Shown one piece after another: positions 1 to 13,989 of a stretch of 64,000 bases of DNA. Each line of letters opens with the position of its first letter. The first letter of the stretch is position 1. Position numbers and translations under genes: made by a program. Source of the stretch: Macrostomum lignano (lineage: Eukaryota); assembly GCA_002269645.1 (NCBI GenBank), contig NIVC01000359.1:186001-250000 (forward strand). Direction: 5' to 3'. Below the pieces are notes generated by a model. The model had not been told where the DNA came from. It worked only from the letters and a program-made list of their open reading frames with translations, and did no database searches.

Positions 1-2076
1 AGATCCTGTAGGCTTAGATTCGGCGGCTGCGAAGAAGAAATCGACAACATCAAGGACAGTTTTGAGCTCGCTTACGGTCAGTCTACTTTTGTCCAGCGCA
101 TATCGACGACGTGACTCGGCAAGTTTCTTGTCCTGTAATCGGGACTTTCCATAACCCTTACAGATGAAAAGGAAAGATTCGAGATCTTTGGTCAACTGAG
201 CCGTTGAAACGAATTTAGAAAACGAGCTCTTCAGGTACACTCCAAAACGTTTTAGACCTTCAACATATGTCTTCGTTCCATCGGAGCAAGATTGAGACTT
301 GCTAGTTAAAAACTCGTTAATCCTAGAACGGTGCTTCTCGCGAATAATATCGACCAGACTAGAAACTCCGGTAATAGACATAATTTTTGAAATAGCTCTG
401 CGTGCTTGTGCCCGCGTCGATTGGGCAAGCCTTCCTCCGGGAAAATTTTTCAGGAAATCTTCGAAATCTTCTAACGATGGAACTAAATTGTCTTTTTCGT
501 CATCTGGCGTATATTGAGAGCAATGAGAGGTGCTAGATTTTGACTTCCAACTTTGAAGGACATAGTTGGATACATTCGCCGTCTTGATGTCTTTAATGGA
601 TTCCTTTGCCTCTTCTACGCTCATTTCGTGCCAGTGGGTTAAATGGCTGAAAAGACTGCTTTTTTGAGGAAGGTCACACTTCGGACAAATTATATCAGAA
701 CTGCAGTTTTCTTCGGCTGCATCAGCGTCATCTTTTGGATTCTCTACACCTTTCGTCAGATGCATTTTGCTTGTCTCTTTCTTTCTTTCAGCATTGAGAC
801 GATCTTTGGTAAATTTTTTGGTCGCCATTATCAAGCTCTTGCGTCCTTCGGACTGAAGTTTGTCTTTATGAAAATGTTTAAAGTGGTCGGCAAACCTCGA
901 CTGTTTAATTAGATGAGTTGGGTCTAGATGGCACCAATAGTCATTGCCTGCTCTTTCTGCCGAGGTGGACTTTTTGGTCGTTGACTCTTTAGACGGTAAA
1001 CCGAAACGTTCATTGTTGAATTTGATTAATTCTTTTTTGATTTCGTCAAAGGAGCCGTATAACTCGTAGTTCTGATGATTTCGATCAAAGTGCTGCTTAA
1101 TCCTTGACTCCGTAATCAAATGACTGCTATCAAGATGGCAAACATATTGAATACCTTTTCGAGGTTTGTTACTGGAAATGCTAACGCCAAGATTCTCCAG
1201 TGCACGAAAAGGAGTCTTTTCACTTTTAGTAGACTTTTCCAAATCATCGTCGTCTTCGTCGTCAATAACAATCTGAATTATTTCGTTGGATTCTTCCGAC
1301 AGCCTTGGTTGCAGGACAACTTTATCACTCTTAACAGGACACTCTACCCGTGGCCAGATGTTGTCAGGTGTATCAGCGTCTAAGTCTACATTGCGCGCAT
1401 GACATTGAGGCCAACTTCTGATGGTCTTAAGGCCTTGATGGCCGAAATCCTGTGGTTGCTGGCCAGACTGAGCTGGATTATCTGGGACTTCTAGCACTAC
1501 TGTTCCTTCAACATGCACTCCTTCTGTTCCTTCAACGTGCAATCCTTCTGCTCCTTCAACATGCACTCCTTCTGTTCCTTCAACGTGCAATCCTTCTGTT
1601 CCTTCAACATGCACTCCTTCTGTTCCTTCAACGTGCAATCCTTCTGTTCCTTCAACATGCACTCCTTCTGTTCCTTCAACGTGCAATCCTTCTGTTCCTT
1701 CAACATGCAATCCTTCTGTTCCTTCAACATGCACTCCTTCTGTTCCTTCAACATGCACTCCTGTTCCTTCAACATGCACTCCTTCTGTTCCTTCAACATG
1801 CACTCCTTCTGTTCCTTCAACATGCAGGTCCTGGCTGTTAGATTTATCCACCAGATGGCTAGACGACTGAGCTGGATTAATTAATTCACCTTGCAGAAAT
1901 AATTCTTCCATTTCATGCATTGTTATAGGAGTATCAGTGAGTAGTTGTAAGAGACTACAACTAGAGGCTCCATTTTCTGGAGGCTCTGAAGGCAGCTCCA
2001 TTTGCTGCAGGAACTTGGATAAGTCAAACCTGCTAGTGGCTCTGCAGAAGTTTTTAGCCTTTAGCCATTGCACCAT
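1..2076 (-). CDS. Long intact ORF (>=692 aa, truncated by the left window edge): N-terminal region, HVEGTEG(V/L) repeats, three C2H2-like zinc fingers, then a region resembling a tyrosine-recombinase core-binding domain; probably from a mobile element
   Basis: Translated by hand: no stop in this minus frame from ATG 2076 to base 1. Motifs [69 protein letters not shown], then [28 protein letters not shown]...[17 protein letters not shown]. The ORF itself is certain; the recombinase identity is inferred and no catalytic residues fall inside the window. The frame stays open up to 2175, so an upstream exon is possible. Confidence 0.7.
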   Translation of the reverse strand, partial: MVQWLKAKNFCRATSRFDLSKFLQQMELPSEPPENGASSCSLLQLLTDTPITMHEMEELFLQGELINPAQSSSHLVDKSNSQDLHVEGTEGVHVEGTEGVHVEGTGVHVEGTEGVHVEGTEGLHVEGTEGLHVEGTEGVHVEGTEGLHVEGTEGVHVEGTEGLHVEGTEGVHVEGAEGLHVEGTEGVHVEGTVVLEVPDNPAQSGQQPQDFGHQGLKTIRSWPQCHARNVDLDADTPDNIWPRVECPVKSDKVVLQPRLSEESNEIIQIVIDDEDDDDLEKSTKSEKTPFRALENLGVSISSNKPRKGIQYVCHLDSSHLITESRIKQHFDRNHQNYELYGSFDEIKKELIKFNNERFGLPSKESTTKKSTSAERAGNDYWCHLDPTHLIKQSRFADHFKHFHKDKLQSEGRKSLIMATKKFTKDRLNAERKKETSKMHLTKGVENPKDDADAAEENCSSDIICPKCDLPQKSSLFSHLTHWHEMSVEEAKESIKDIKTANVSNYVLQSWKSKSSTSHCSQYTPDDEKDNLVPSLEDFEDFLKNFPGGRLAQSTRAQARRAISKIMSITGVSSLVDIIREKHRSRINEFLTSKSQSCSDGTKTYVEGLKRFGVYLKSSFSKFVSTAQLTKDLESFLFICKGYGKSRLQDKKLAESRRRYALDKSRLTVSELKTVLDVVDFFFAAAESKPTGS
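1499..1825. repeat. 24-bp minisatellite (~13.5 copies) lying in frame within the minus-strand ORF
   Basis: Unit ttccttcaacatgcactccttctg with variants; one unit has a frame-preserving 3-nt deletion. Confidence 0.95.
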
Positions 2077-2780
2077 GAAATTGCAAGTGTTTTTCAATGC
2101 AAATCTCAAATTTAATAATGACAAAACCCAAAATATTGCAGTAGTTTTTATATTGTTTGATATAGTTATTTTACATTATTTTACAATGCCATATTTACTA
2201 AGATATTTACTATTTACTTAAATAAAAAGTCTTTTTTTCTATATCTATAAATATAATTATATTGTATCTAGGACTTGGCTTTGCTTGAAGCATAATAATT
2301 GTTTATAATATTGTTTTTGTTTTTATTGTTATATGATTTTATAGATAAGTACTCATATAACTTTTATTCATTAGCCTATATTTAAATATACCTTTTATAT
2401 TCTAGGGGTGAATTAGAGGGTAGGGGATGGCCCATGGGGGATCTCCCTTAAAATGGCTTGATAAAACATATTTCACCCCCTATAAACCTAAGTTTACACC
2501 TTTTAAACTTGATTTTGCCCCTAATACAAATTTTTATGCCTTTAAGCTTGATTTGTTATCTTTAAATCTATCCCTTAGCTTAAAAATTGGTATTTCTCAT
2601 ACTCGTATTTGCATCCCAAACTTGGACTACCTCCCAAAAAGAAATTCTAGATCTACTACTATTAAATTTTATTAAATCTTTAGGCTTTTTATACTTAGAC
2701 TATCTTGGCCTCCTAGGTCCTACTAAAAGTCAACTTTTCTAATCTGATCATTAATCATTATTGAAATAAGTTAATAAATA

Positions 2781-2912
<132 letters not shown>

Positions 2913-2923
2913 ATAAATAATGA

Positions 2924-3519
2924 ACCCTATAGGAAAAAGTTGTAAAACCACAGACGGTGTCCGGCGCACTTTTGGAATTTTTCTAAAGCGCAGCGCGTGC
3001 ACAGGTGCAGCGCCTGTGCGCGCGCTGCCCTTTCTTACTGGCTGCTGCTTTAGCAAATACATATATATGGAAATGGATATAATACCTCTGTGGAAAGGGC
3101 TTATACACTCATAATTTATTAAGCTTAGAGATGTTCCAAAAATTCAATTTCAATTTTCCAAAATTTGAAATTTTTTTATAGCAAATTTCAATTTTGAAAA
3201 AAATTTAAAAGTGAAAATTTTGGTAGTGTCTAAAAAGTTGCTAAAAATAAACTAATTTCTACTACATATAAATGTATTACTTTTTGCTTAAGCAGTAAAT
3301 TGAAAGTGAAAAAGTGAGTGTTGATCATACTAAACTTTATTTTTCTAAATTATGATTTTGGGAAATTTCAATTTTGATTTTGGAAAGATAGCGAATTTTG
3401 ATTTCGATGAAACTGCAGATCTTTCGGAACATCTCTAATAATCCTAAAGCGTGGTAAAATAGTTTGACTCTTTTCTAAAGCGCATGTTTGCGGGTTTTAA
3501 ACATTTATTCCAATAGGGA
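2924..3519. mobile_element. Possible MITE with imperfect TIRs (CCCTAT(A/T)GGAA...), containing an inner TIR element at 3126-3437
   Basis: Outer ends ccctataggaaaaagttgtaaaacc and ggttttaaacatttattccaataggg; inner perfect 12-bp TIR TAGAGATGTTCC/GGAACATCTCTA. No clean TSDs. Confidence 0.45.
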
Positions 3520-6500
3520 TAATGAATAAATTATTTATAATAGGCCTAAAGAAAGTTATTAATCAACTTTTTCTTTGCTAGCTAGACAACTAAGGTAGAT
3601 TTATTTTCTTAAGTTTCTTAATTTACTTTTCTATATTCCATATGTCATTGCTATTAGAGTATTAATAAATAGTTATTACATATTTACTATAGGCACTTTG
3701 AATATCAACTTGCTTTATATATAGGCTTATACATATTAATTTATTATTCACTAAAACAGAAATATCTAATATATAATAAGCCTGCCACAAGAAGTTCATA
3801 GAAATAAGTAATTCAATAATAGGATATGTTATGAGAATATAATGGTACAGATACAAAAACCATTTATTATCCAATTATTCATTTCATTATTTAGTTATCA
3901 TTAGACAATTCTGTCTGTTTAAAGGTTATAGGTAACACACTTATTACCTTTGAACTAAGTTAAGATTTAACAAAATCAAATTTATATATAAGTATTATAC
4001 TGAACTAAACAAAATAAATAAAATATTTGACTATTCAACTTCACTTCAATGCAATATTATATGACTACACATGCATAAATGCACAGATAATTTTTAGAAC
4101 ATAACCACAATGAGTGATAAAGTGATAGAAAGATTTCAAGTTATTATAATTATAGGCCACTATTGAGTGTTGCTTCATGGCATTAATTATATTTATATTT
4201 TATGGACGAGTTAAAATAAATAAGATAACAAAAAGGATAAAAATATTGCGTATTAAGGCTATCTTTTTTAGTATATAATGAGAATAAATGAAGTACAAAT
4301 TAAAAGAATGCAGATGCGCATCTTCAATACAATAGATTTACAGCAGGTGCACTTTTTGTCGTCTATCGTACTGTTCTTTATAGTTCCAACTAATGTCAAA
4401 GCATACTATATTTCAAACACATGCAATTTTTTGGTGCAAGAAAAAACATATTATTTTTCATCTACAAAACACTTTTTATTCAATTATCTGCATAACTACT
4501 ATGCACTTTGCATCTACAATGTTTTAAAAACAAAAAGATTGTAAAAATTTAGTATACTATAGTACACTATTTTCAAGCCGGAAGGTGTGTCATATTTGTC
4601 ATTTTTACGTATGTGCAATCACCCGTATTTTTTGTTTGTTCCCGTCATATTTTTATGCCCTAATAACTCCTTTAATATCATACTACTAGTTTTGAAACTT
4701 CAGTAATACTTAGCGGGTGAAAAGGCGCTTCATTTTTTCAGATTAACTTGTAAAAAGGACGTTTGTCATTTTTCATGACACATAAAAAATGACATCAGTA
4801 ACAAAAAATGACTTCATGACACATCTTGTCGTCATTTTTGGAGAAATCTGTCATAAACGTGCCTATAGGGGTCGTAAAAATATGACAGGTGCGGCTATAA
4901 ATCAATCAAAATCGCAACAAAATGATTTATGGCTTTTCGCGTAGAATTGACAAAAACTAATGAAAAAATATACATTAGAAAGCTCTTATTAAGTAGAAAG
5001 TGAAGATAATGAAGAGAAATCGCTAATCGCTAATCCCAACGTACTTTGAGGGGTAAAACGCATAGTTGTCAAAGCTGTCACACGCTTGAGTAAACACGAA
5101 CAATATAATAGGCCCTGACCTAATAAATCTTGATGGCCTGTCAAAATGATGAGAAAAAAGCTACCGCCCGCATCCTCTCAGACCATCTGGCGCCAGCCCC
5201 AGCACTGAGTGAGGCGCAGGTGGCTGTCAGACCAGCTCAGACGCAATGATTTATGACCCAAAAGCAGCAAAAAACCGCGCCTATGTTATTATAACTACAA
5301 GTATGGTGGATTAATATAGCTACAGAATTGTCCTACTAGTATGAATTCTAGAAAAATTGCAAAAGAGGGAGAAAAACGCCCATAGCCTGCTGTCAGTAGG
5401 GAGCAAGTTTGGAACCCATGTGCGAGCGTGAAATTTGGAAAAAAAGTGCGTCCTCATCACAACAAATGAGTGCTACTGACAATACCGATTCTCAAAATAT
5501 TGTAGGAATTTATTTATGTAGAATTCTTGACTTCCCTCACTATAAACTCCATTGCGACACGCCCGTCACAGCCTGTGACACGGAATTAAGGAAACTCCGT
5601 GTCTCCGGAGTCCGTGTCCTCACTCGGCAGTCATGTTATACATCTCGCCCGTCTCTTTCAGATCAATTTTCCTCACTCGGTTCCCCGTTCCCCTCATTAG
5701 CACCTGTCAGTCTCCCAGGATAATTTAGTTCAGACTAGCATGTATATCAGAGAAATTAGAGCCCAAAACTGGGACGTTCGCAATTTATATACTATTCAAT
5801 TGCAGTTAGCTACATGTAAAATATGTAGCTAAACCCTCCATGAACCCGTTAGGCATGTGATTCTTAAAGCAATTATAGTAGTATGTTCATGTACGAGTAC
5901 ATGTATAGTTTAAATGATCATTCTGCGAGCTGACTCAAACTGTACATGTAGAGAACACAATTCACGGGCTTTCACATTTTTTCAATCGATCTAGGCGGCC
6001 TCTACTGTGAACTAACAAAATTAAATTAATTCTTAATTAAAACACTACAGTATATCCGATCTGATGCATGATTTCTACATGTAGTACCGTTACATGCCTC
6101 ATTTATTTCACATGTCTGGGTAATGCTATCCATGTACATGTATGCTATAAATTGTACATGTAATGCGCCCATTGCGAGTCACATCTTTATTTTAAACGTG
6201 TGATCGAATAAAACTACAGCTAAACTATTGCTGCAGTGTATACAATATAAATATGCAGATGCATACATGTATATGTACAGCAGTATAAAAGAATAGAAAG
6301 TATATATGAATCTAAACCTTACAGTAAACTTAGCTTCGCAATTAGATCAGTTGAAGAAAAAAACGAAAAAATGTGAATTGGCATTACATCGACAGCATGC
6401 CATTGCTGTCGATCCTTGATCCTGATGCAATTTTTATGCCCAAACTCTGCAAAAAATTATCCCTCAAAAAATTGAAATTATTATAGTGCTCCTTGATTAT

Positions 6501-8089
6501 TTCCCTTATGTCATCATAACTTTTTTACGCCTAACGTTATATATCATAGTGTGAGGATCAAACTTTATTTTCTATCTTTATAATTCATTTATTGTTTCTT
6601 TTAATTAATAATTTTAGCATTTTTGGAAACCGTAAGAGAATACGGGAGAATTCAGGAAAAGTAACGATTATCACTTAAAATAGTGATTTCAGTAGCAATT
6701 AACTTATACCAATTTCCGAGGCAAACAACACGAAACATTTAAAAAACGAATTAACAAATTAAATAAAATAGTAATTGTAAAATCTACTACTAGGTGCTTC
6801 AATATACGTTATAGAAGTGATTTTTGTAAACAGCTTTGAAAAAAGCTTGAACTTTGAAAAAGTAAAAACTTGCAACTCAATTTTCGCTTTTTGAAATGCA
6901 TAACACACTAGACCCGCGTTGACCAATCTGGATGCCGTGCAATCACACTTCACTCACACTCACATCACATGTAAGATGTATGTAACGTATGCAGCTTGTG
7001 TAAGCAGTTCAGGGCCAGTGCCCAGACTCGCGCGTACCTACATTTATTATTTTTTTATATTAAAACATGGGAATGAGACTGTCTACCTGACTCGAATAAT
7101 TTTTAATAATAACTATTGCTATTATAAATATTATGCATTGCGTATACTGCTTATGCCCAGTCCTAGATTGAATCCTGGATCCCACATTACCGGCTATTAG
7201 TAGGCCTACTGAAGAAATTAAATTTAAAGCTCAATTAAAACTTGTTTTTTGGCTTAAAGGTCACTTTTTAGTGATGACTGCTGAGTGCATGTAAAATTAG
7301 CTATAGAGCCTAGAGGTAGCTGCCTACTTGGCTACTAATGATACTATACTATAGTATAGAAGTATAGAACCGTAGTATAGACTGGCTCTTCAATTGTATC
7401 ATAAATTTACCAAGTTTACTAGACTTAATCCCTTATGCTTTCCAATGGCTTTCCATATACTAAAAATGGTTTGTTGGTATTTCCATCTATCAGTATGTGA
7501 TCAATTTTTATCAAAAATAGCTCAACCGATTTTCTTCAAACTTGCACCATTTTGTCAGAAATTTTTCCATCATGGTATATGCATTGTGGCTAAGAAATTG
7601 CTTGATGATAAAGGGATTAAATATTTGAAAAACATGCTTTTTTTGCAAAGTCAAGCTGCTTTTTTGACTTGAAATGCATTGTATGAATGCTTTAGAAAAA
7701 ATTTACTAGTTAAATTTTGATTCTAAAATAGATTGTATTATACTAGGCATTTTATTCATTCAGTCTATACTAGCTAAATTTTGACACTAAATTTAATTGT
7801 TACACTGTTGAAAATGCAGTGTTAAAGCATAGCGCAAAACTTAATTTATACTACATAAAAATAGTACTAGTCTCTATTAAAATTAGCAATAACTTGCCTA
7901 TGAAATTGATTATGTCATAACTGACTTGGTACAAGTATTGAATTATAAGTGCTACAAATTCATTGATAAATTCAATGCGAGCTAGGCCTAGTCTAGATGT
8001 GTACAGACTAAACTGCTAATTTAGCAACCTTATCTTAGTAGTTCAAATCTTAGTAGTGTAATTTTTTATTGAAAGCTTTTATTAATAGA

Positions 8090-8365
8090 CTAATAAACCA
8101 AGCACTTGATAAACCAAGGATTATTGCATTTGATAACCAAGCACTATTGTACTTGATAAACCAAGGACTATTGCACTTGATAAACCAAGGATTATCGCAC
8201 TTGATAACCAAGGATTATTGCACTTGATAACCAAGCACTATTGCACTTGATAAACCAAGGAGTATTGCACTTGATAACCAAGGATTATTGCACTTGATAA
8301 ACCAATGATTATTTCACTTAATAAACCAAGGATTATTGCACTTGATAAGTCAAGGATTATTGCAC
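8090..8365. repeat. ~24-25-bp tandem repeat
   Basis: Unit ttgcacttgataaaccaaggatta, about 11 diverged copies; a short gatgcttgctatc array follows at ~8420-8500. Confidence 0.9.
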
Positions 8366-10360
8366 TAGCTTAGAAAGGGCCATTGTACTAGCTAAGACAT
8401 CTGGGAGAATGCTTGCTAACTTTAGGATGCTTGCTATCAGGGGATGCTTGATATCTGTAAGATGCTTGCTATCTGTGGGATGCTTGCTATCTTAGGGAAG
8501 TTTTCTATTTAAGGGGAATGTCTGTTATCTTTGTGGAAGCTTTTATTTTATTGTCTTTTTGGTACTATTAAAGAAAAGAGATTCATAACAAACATCTTTG
8601 TCTGTGACAATTTTACTTGGATAAGGTGATTTATAAAACTGAAGAAGGAATTGATTCTTAAGAAAATGTGCTTTGGATAGATTTGCATGAAAAATTTTTA
8701 CTCCTTGCTTTTTGGGTGCCCTATAGGGGGCACTAGATTGCTAGTCTATATACTAAAAATAAATTGTCAAAACACTTTGGATTCTAGACTAAACATATAT
8801 TGATGCTATATACAATAAAGGAAAAAATTATCTTTTTTATAAAACAATATTTTTAGAGATTAAGGATGCCCTTGGCTCAAAGTGATGTCATTGGCATTGG
8901 TTAAATTTATTAATTATGTATCATAGTATTTTATTATTTATACAATATTGATATATCTTAGTAAGTAAATATGATTATTCTTCTGTATACATACTCAGAT
9001 CAATCTACTAGATGCATGTGTTATTAATCTAACAAGTCCCAGATTTTAATCAACTAAACTCACATATCCTAAGCCATGGTGAAATACTCATAGCTAAACT
9101 GTAAATCCACTCTTATACTGATACAATATATGCGCAACAGCCTTGCTTTACACCGGCCGTGCTACTTACTTTTAGACCACAAATGTGACTTTTCTGACTT
9201 ACCTATGAAAAAACCTAAGCAAAAGTTGTCGTAAGTTAAGGTAAATGGCAAGAGTAATAATGACTGTATTATTTAGGCTAAATGCCTCGTCATCTAACTA
9301 GTACATCTATTTTGGGTGGGCATTTTGCAACTTACTTTGGCTGGGCCCTTTGCCAGCCAGCCAGCCAGATTGGCCAGGTGTTGCACATGTATGATAAACT
9401 TATAATGAAAAATGAAACACTAACAGTCTGTTGTGTCTTATATTGGCAATCTTTTTCAAATTATATATAACATTGAAAATGAACTCAAACAATAAGAAGC
9501 AGAGCTAGTACATAGGCCCTATTGGCAAAAATTTGAAGATTTTAATCCAATATTACAAGCATAAGAGTGGATTTACAGTTAAGCCATTTTATCATGACTT
9601 AGGATTTGTAAGTTTAGTTGACTAATCTAAGATTTGAAAGATTATTAGATTAATTATACATGTATCTAATAGGTTAATATAAGCTAAGACATGAAATGAA
9701 ATTAATAACCAAGCTTATTCTTAATCTATTTTAAAATCTATACAATAATTTTATTTTAGTCTATAAAAAACTTAGTGTTATCTAGTAGAAATTATATAAA
9801 ACTATATAAATTATAACCAATATTATTTGCAATTTTTTATATAATTGTAATATAATATTTATAGTTAACAATCTACTTTTCCAATCAATATAAATAAAAT
9901 CAAGAAAAAATAACAATTTATATATCAAAACAAAAAGAAAACATTTAGGAATAATTTTTTAAAACCAAATAAAAAAGAACTTTGCGCCAAAAAGGATTTT
10001 GCTAATATTTTATTATTAAAAAACCCATAATATATAAAAAAACCTTTAACCATCTTTATATTCCATTAAAACTTTTTTACTTAACTCAAGAGTATTTATT
10101 TAATTAAATTCAATTTACTCATATAGACTTAAGATATTATTAAGATACTTTAATTTTTTTGTAAAAATTACTTTTTTAATTGAAAAAAATTGCATATTTG
10201 AATTTTATTCAATAAATAAAATTTGTAGCCCTAGATAGAACATAGAAGAAAACAAATAAAGAAACAGCCTATTCTTGCACAAACTATTTTTCTCTCAAAT
10301 AATTCATATCTAATTTGATAATTGCTTTTTTCAGTTCTAGTGGCACATTCTAGACTCAAT

Positions 10361-13300
10361 ATGGAACAAAAATCCATGGACGATGAGCTTCGTTGCGACA
10401 TCTGTCGCGAGTTTTACCGCGACCCGCGCGTTATGCCGTGCGGCCACTCGTTTTGCTTGGACTGCATTCGTCAATGGGTGCAGAATAAGCCGATTTGTCC
10501 CATGTGCCGCGGTCCCGGGCCCAGCCCCGTCTGTGTTGACAGCCTGCCGCGCAATTTCGCCGTTGCTAGCCTGGTTAGTAACAGTTTGGCGTGATTATGA
10601 CAACAGCAAAATCGTCATAACTCCATATAATAAAAATAAAAAATTGAACTGTCTAAGGGGTCGGCCTTCAATACCTCGTGGGTGAGAATCGAGCCTCAAA
10701 TTAATGTGATCGCGCATGGAATCGAATCAGGGGTCGTGACGCAAAATTCAGACTGTCTGAAGGTTTTTAACCTGCCTTGTTCCGTCTTGGTCTAGCTGAC
10801 TCTGTCAATGTAGACCTCAATTAGAAGTTTCTTTGTCTTTAAAGTGATTTTTTGACTCTCGTCAAGACTCAAGTAAAAAGGAGCATTCGGGACGGTCTTA
10901 CTTAAGTAGGATGGAGCATTCGGGATGGTTTTACTCAAGTAGGAAGGAGCATTCGGGATGGTTTTACTCAATTAGGAAGGAGCATTCGGGATGGTCTTAC
11001 TCAATTAGGAAGGAGCATTCGGGATGGTCTTACTCAATTAGGAAGGAGCATTCGGGATGGTCTTACTCAATTAGGAAGGAGCATTCGGGATGGTCTTACT
11101 CAAGTAGGATGGAGCATTCGGGGCTTAAGCAGGATGGAGCATTCCGGAAGATCGCGATCAAAGGTACAGCATCATACAGCCTCAAACATTAGCATCCTTG
11201 GTCGAAAACGCAGAAAAATCTCGTGAAAATGTTGAGTTGAGATCAAACTTGATGGTTGTACTTCATTCCAGTCTCGTGGAATCGCAGCAATCCACTACTT
11301 GTTAATAAGTTGACCATTTTCCAGCAGAAGAAACCTGTGCACAGGTATACTTGCATCTTTCTCATGCTGACGAAAGGCCAGTATTGCAGCGAGGTACACA
11401 GGTCCATGAATGTGTTACTCTCTTCCTCGCCCTAAACTTGATAAGGACTCGAAGACGCTTGACAGCTAGAAATAGGCAGATTTGCAACTAGCTTGGTTTC
11501 GGACATAGACATGGAGTGAGTTGAGATTTGAGTGAATTTAGTTAGCATCGGCTTATTTAGAGCAAAAAATTAGAGGTGGGACACAGCTAACACAGAATCT
11601 TGGCATTTGTATGAAAATCATCATCACAAAAACCTCAAGATTTCATCCTGACAATATGCGTCACTCTATTCGAACAAAATTGAACCCCAGAAATACCATC
11701 GTATCGTATTTTAGATTGTTCGAGCTACCGAATCTGCTCAATCCGATGGCGCTGAATCCTCGGCTGGCTCGACTGCTGCCGCTTCAGGTGTCGGTGGCCC
11801 AGTCGCTGGTTCAACCGTTGGATCTAGCTCCGGAGCTGACGCTGCTGCCGCCGCCTGCGTCCAATGCGATAGTCGTAGCCGCCATTCAACGGTGTGCCGT
11901 CACTGCTGGCGCTCTCTGTGCCAGATCTGTATGAGCGATCACGTCTCCTTATTGCGCAGCAGCCTGATGCAGAGGGCCGACGATTTACTATGCGACGCCA
12001 GCCTGCGAAAAAGCGAAGCGCGCCTATTTATCCAGAGCGCATCGGAATGGCAGGTCGTTGTCGATGGTGTGAAAAGTTTGCAGAATGTTGTTAACAACAT
12101 CGCGGCCAAGGTTGATTTGTTTGCCAAATCTTGGCACAATGTTGCGAGTAGCGAATCAATTGCCGAGCTAATCTCCGTTGCTAAGGAGGCCAAGAAAATT
12201 GGCAGCGGGACCTACGGCATCAATCTGAACGATCCGGTCGAACTGTCGACCTATTCGACCGTCATTGACGGCATCAGGCGTCGCCTGGAAGAGGTTGACG
12301 GTGGCACTAACATGCCCGAACTGCCGAGTGGCTACGGGGATAGCTTGGCCCAGGTGATGAGTGCCATACCTACCGCTCACGACGCGGCGGACTGTCTCAA
12401 AGATCTTGTTGACATGCTGCCGAAGGCGCCCGCTATGCCGCCAGAAGCTCTAGCCGTGGCCAACGCGGCTGCCCAGCTGACGCAGCCGGTGCCCCCGCCG
12501 GCGCCTCAATGCAAGGACGCGGCTGTTTTACTGCTAACTGGCCGAAAGCTTCGCACCATTGCCGGCGAATTTATTGCCAAGGGCAGGCACCAGATTGCCA
12601 TTGAGATAAGTCGATCAGCGGCGGATCTGCTGCATCCTAGCATTGACCTCGCCGGCAGGTGCGAGCTTGGCTACACGCTCTGCGTCTTTGCCGACGCCCT
12701 GCATTGCCATGGAGATAGTAGAGAAGCCTCCCGCCTCTTGTGCGACGCTTTTCGCGTATTTGGCGAAGTTGGCCTCTATAATGGCCTGCTAGTTGTGCCT
12801 ATTGTTGCCTCAGTGTTGAGAACTCTAATTGAGTCGGATTCCGTTAGCGATGCTAAACGATTGTGCCATGACGTGCTTAACGCTATTATTTCGCTTGTAA
12901 GCTGTTCTTCTGACTGAGTTCTTGCTAGCTAAGTACTGTCTTTATTGCCACCACTTCCCGTATTGACGCCTTCTCGTCCACCTTGGAGGACTGCTATCCA
13001 CTTTCTCGTCCACCTTGGAGGACTGCTATCCACTTTCTCGTCCACCTTGGAGGACTGCTATCCACTTTCTCGTCCACCTTGGAGGACTGCTATCCACTTT
13101 CTCGTCCACCTTGGAGGACTGCTATCCACTTTCTCGTCCACCTTGGAGGACTGCTATCCACTTTCTCGTCCACCTTGGAGGACTGCTATCCACTTTCTCG
13201 TCCACCTTGGAGGACTGCTATCCACTTTCTCGTCCACCTTGGAGGACTGCTATCCACTTTCTCGTCCACCTTGGAGGACTGCTATCCTTTTTCTCACCAA

Positions 13301-13989
13301 TTCTTGTGGACTGCTATTCATACTCAGTATTATTTTCTATCCAAATAAGAAGACATTCAGATGTATGCAAAGTGGTGCAATATTCTTTCCAAATATTTTC
13401 CTGAATTTTGCAGAGCGTCATGTGGGCTCAACCCCAGCTTGGCATTAGAGCAACTCAAGATCGGGACAATCGATCAGTAGAGGGCCTGCTTAGAATCCTG
13501 CTTGATCTGTGCCGCCAAATGCTGCCTCCGTCTGGCACTCAGCCAAATCGATTCCAGATCATCGCCGATACTATTCGCAATCTGCGCTTCGCTCTTGGTC
13601 GCGTTCTAATCGATAAACAGTCGTTCAATTCGGCCGAGAAAGTCTACATAGCCGTGCTCCGCTCTGGCGGTGCCCCCGGCCGCCTTATCTGTCAGCTTGT
13701 CAATAGCAATAATAGCAACTCCGCCAGCTCGGCTAGTTCAACTTGTAATAGCGACGCCGATGTTTTTGGTAGCATCGATTGGAGTTCGGTGTCCTCGCCT
13801 GACCTGCTCAACGCTCTGGCCGCGGCTGCTCGCATTCTAGCCGATGTTGTTTATAGAGAGCTGGATCGTCCAAGTCGCAGTTGCGAGCTGCTGCGCGACT
13901 GGGCCGCGAAAGCTGAGCTGGCTGCTGGTAGCCTTCGCCAACAGCAGCAGCAGCAACCTCTGCAGGATGAGCAGCAGCAGCATGATTGA
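10361..13989 (+). CDS. TRIM-like protein (RING, B-box, coiled coil, helical/TPR-like C-terminus), ~656 aa, 3 coding exons
   Basis: Exons 10361-10573, 11715-12896, 13414-13989; all GT-AG, phase 0, frame-consistent. RING CDIC...CGHSFC..C...CPMC; B-box CVQC...[16 protein letters not shown]; poly-Q before TGA. Confidence 0.85.
10879..11145. repeat. 33-bp intronic minisatellite (TRIM intron 1)
   Basis: Unit aggagcattcgggatggtcttactcaattagga, about 8 copies. Confidence 0.92.
12968..13300. repeat. 32-bp intronic minisatellite (TRIM intron 2)
   Basis: Unit ccaccttggaggactgctatccactttctcgt, about 10 copies. Confidence 0.95.

Noticed and set aside
299-1884. Plus-strand ORFs listed in the track
   Set aside because: Antisense shadows of the long minus-strand ORF.
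12945-13448. Three ORFs with repeated [15 protein letters not shown]
   Set aside because: Artefact of the 32-bp intron repeat cycling through frames.
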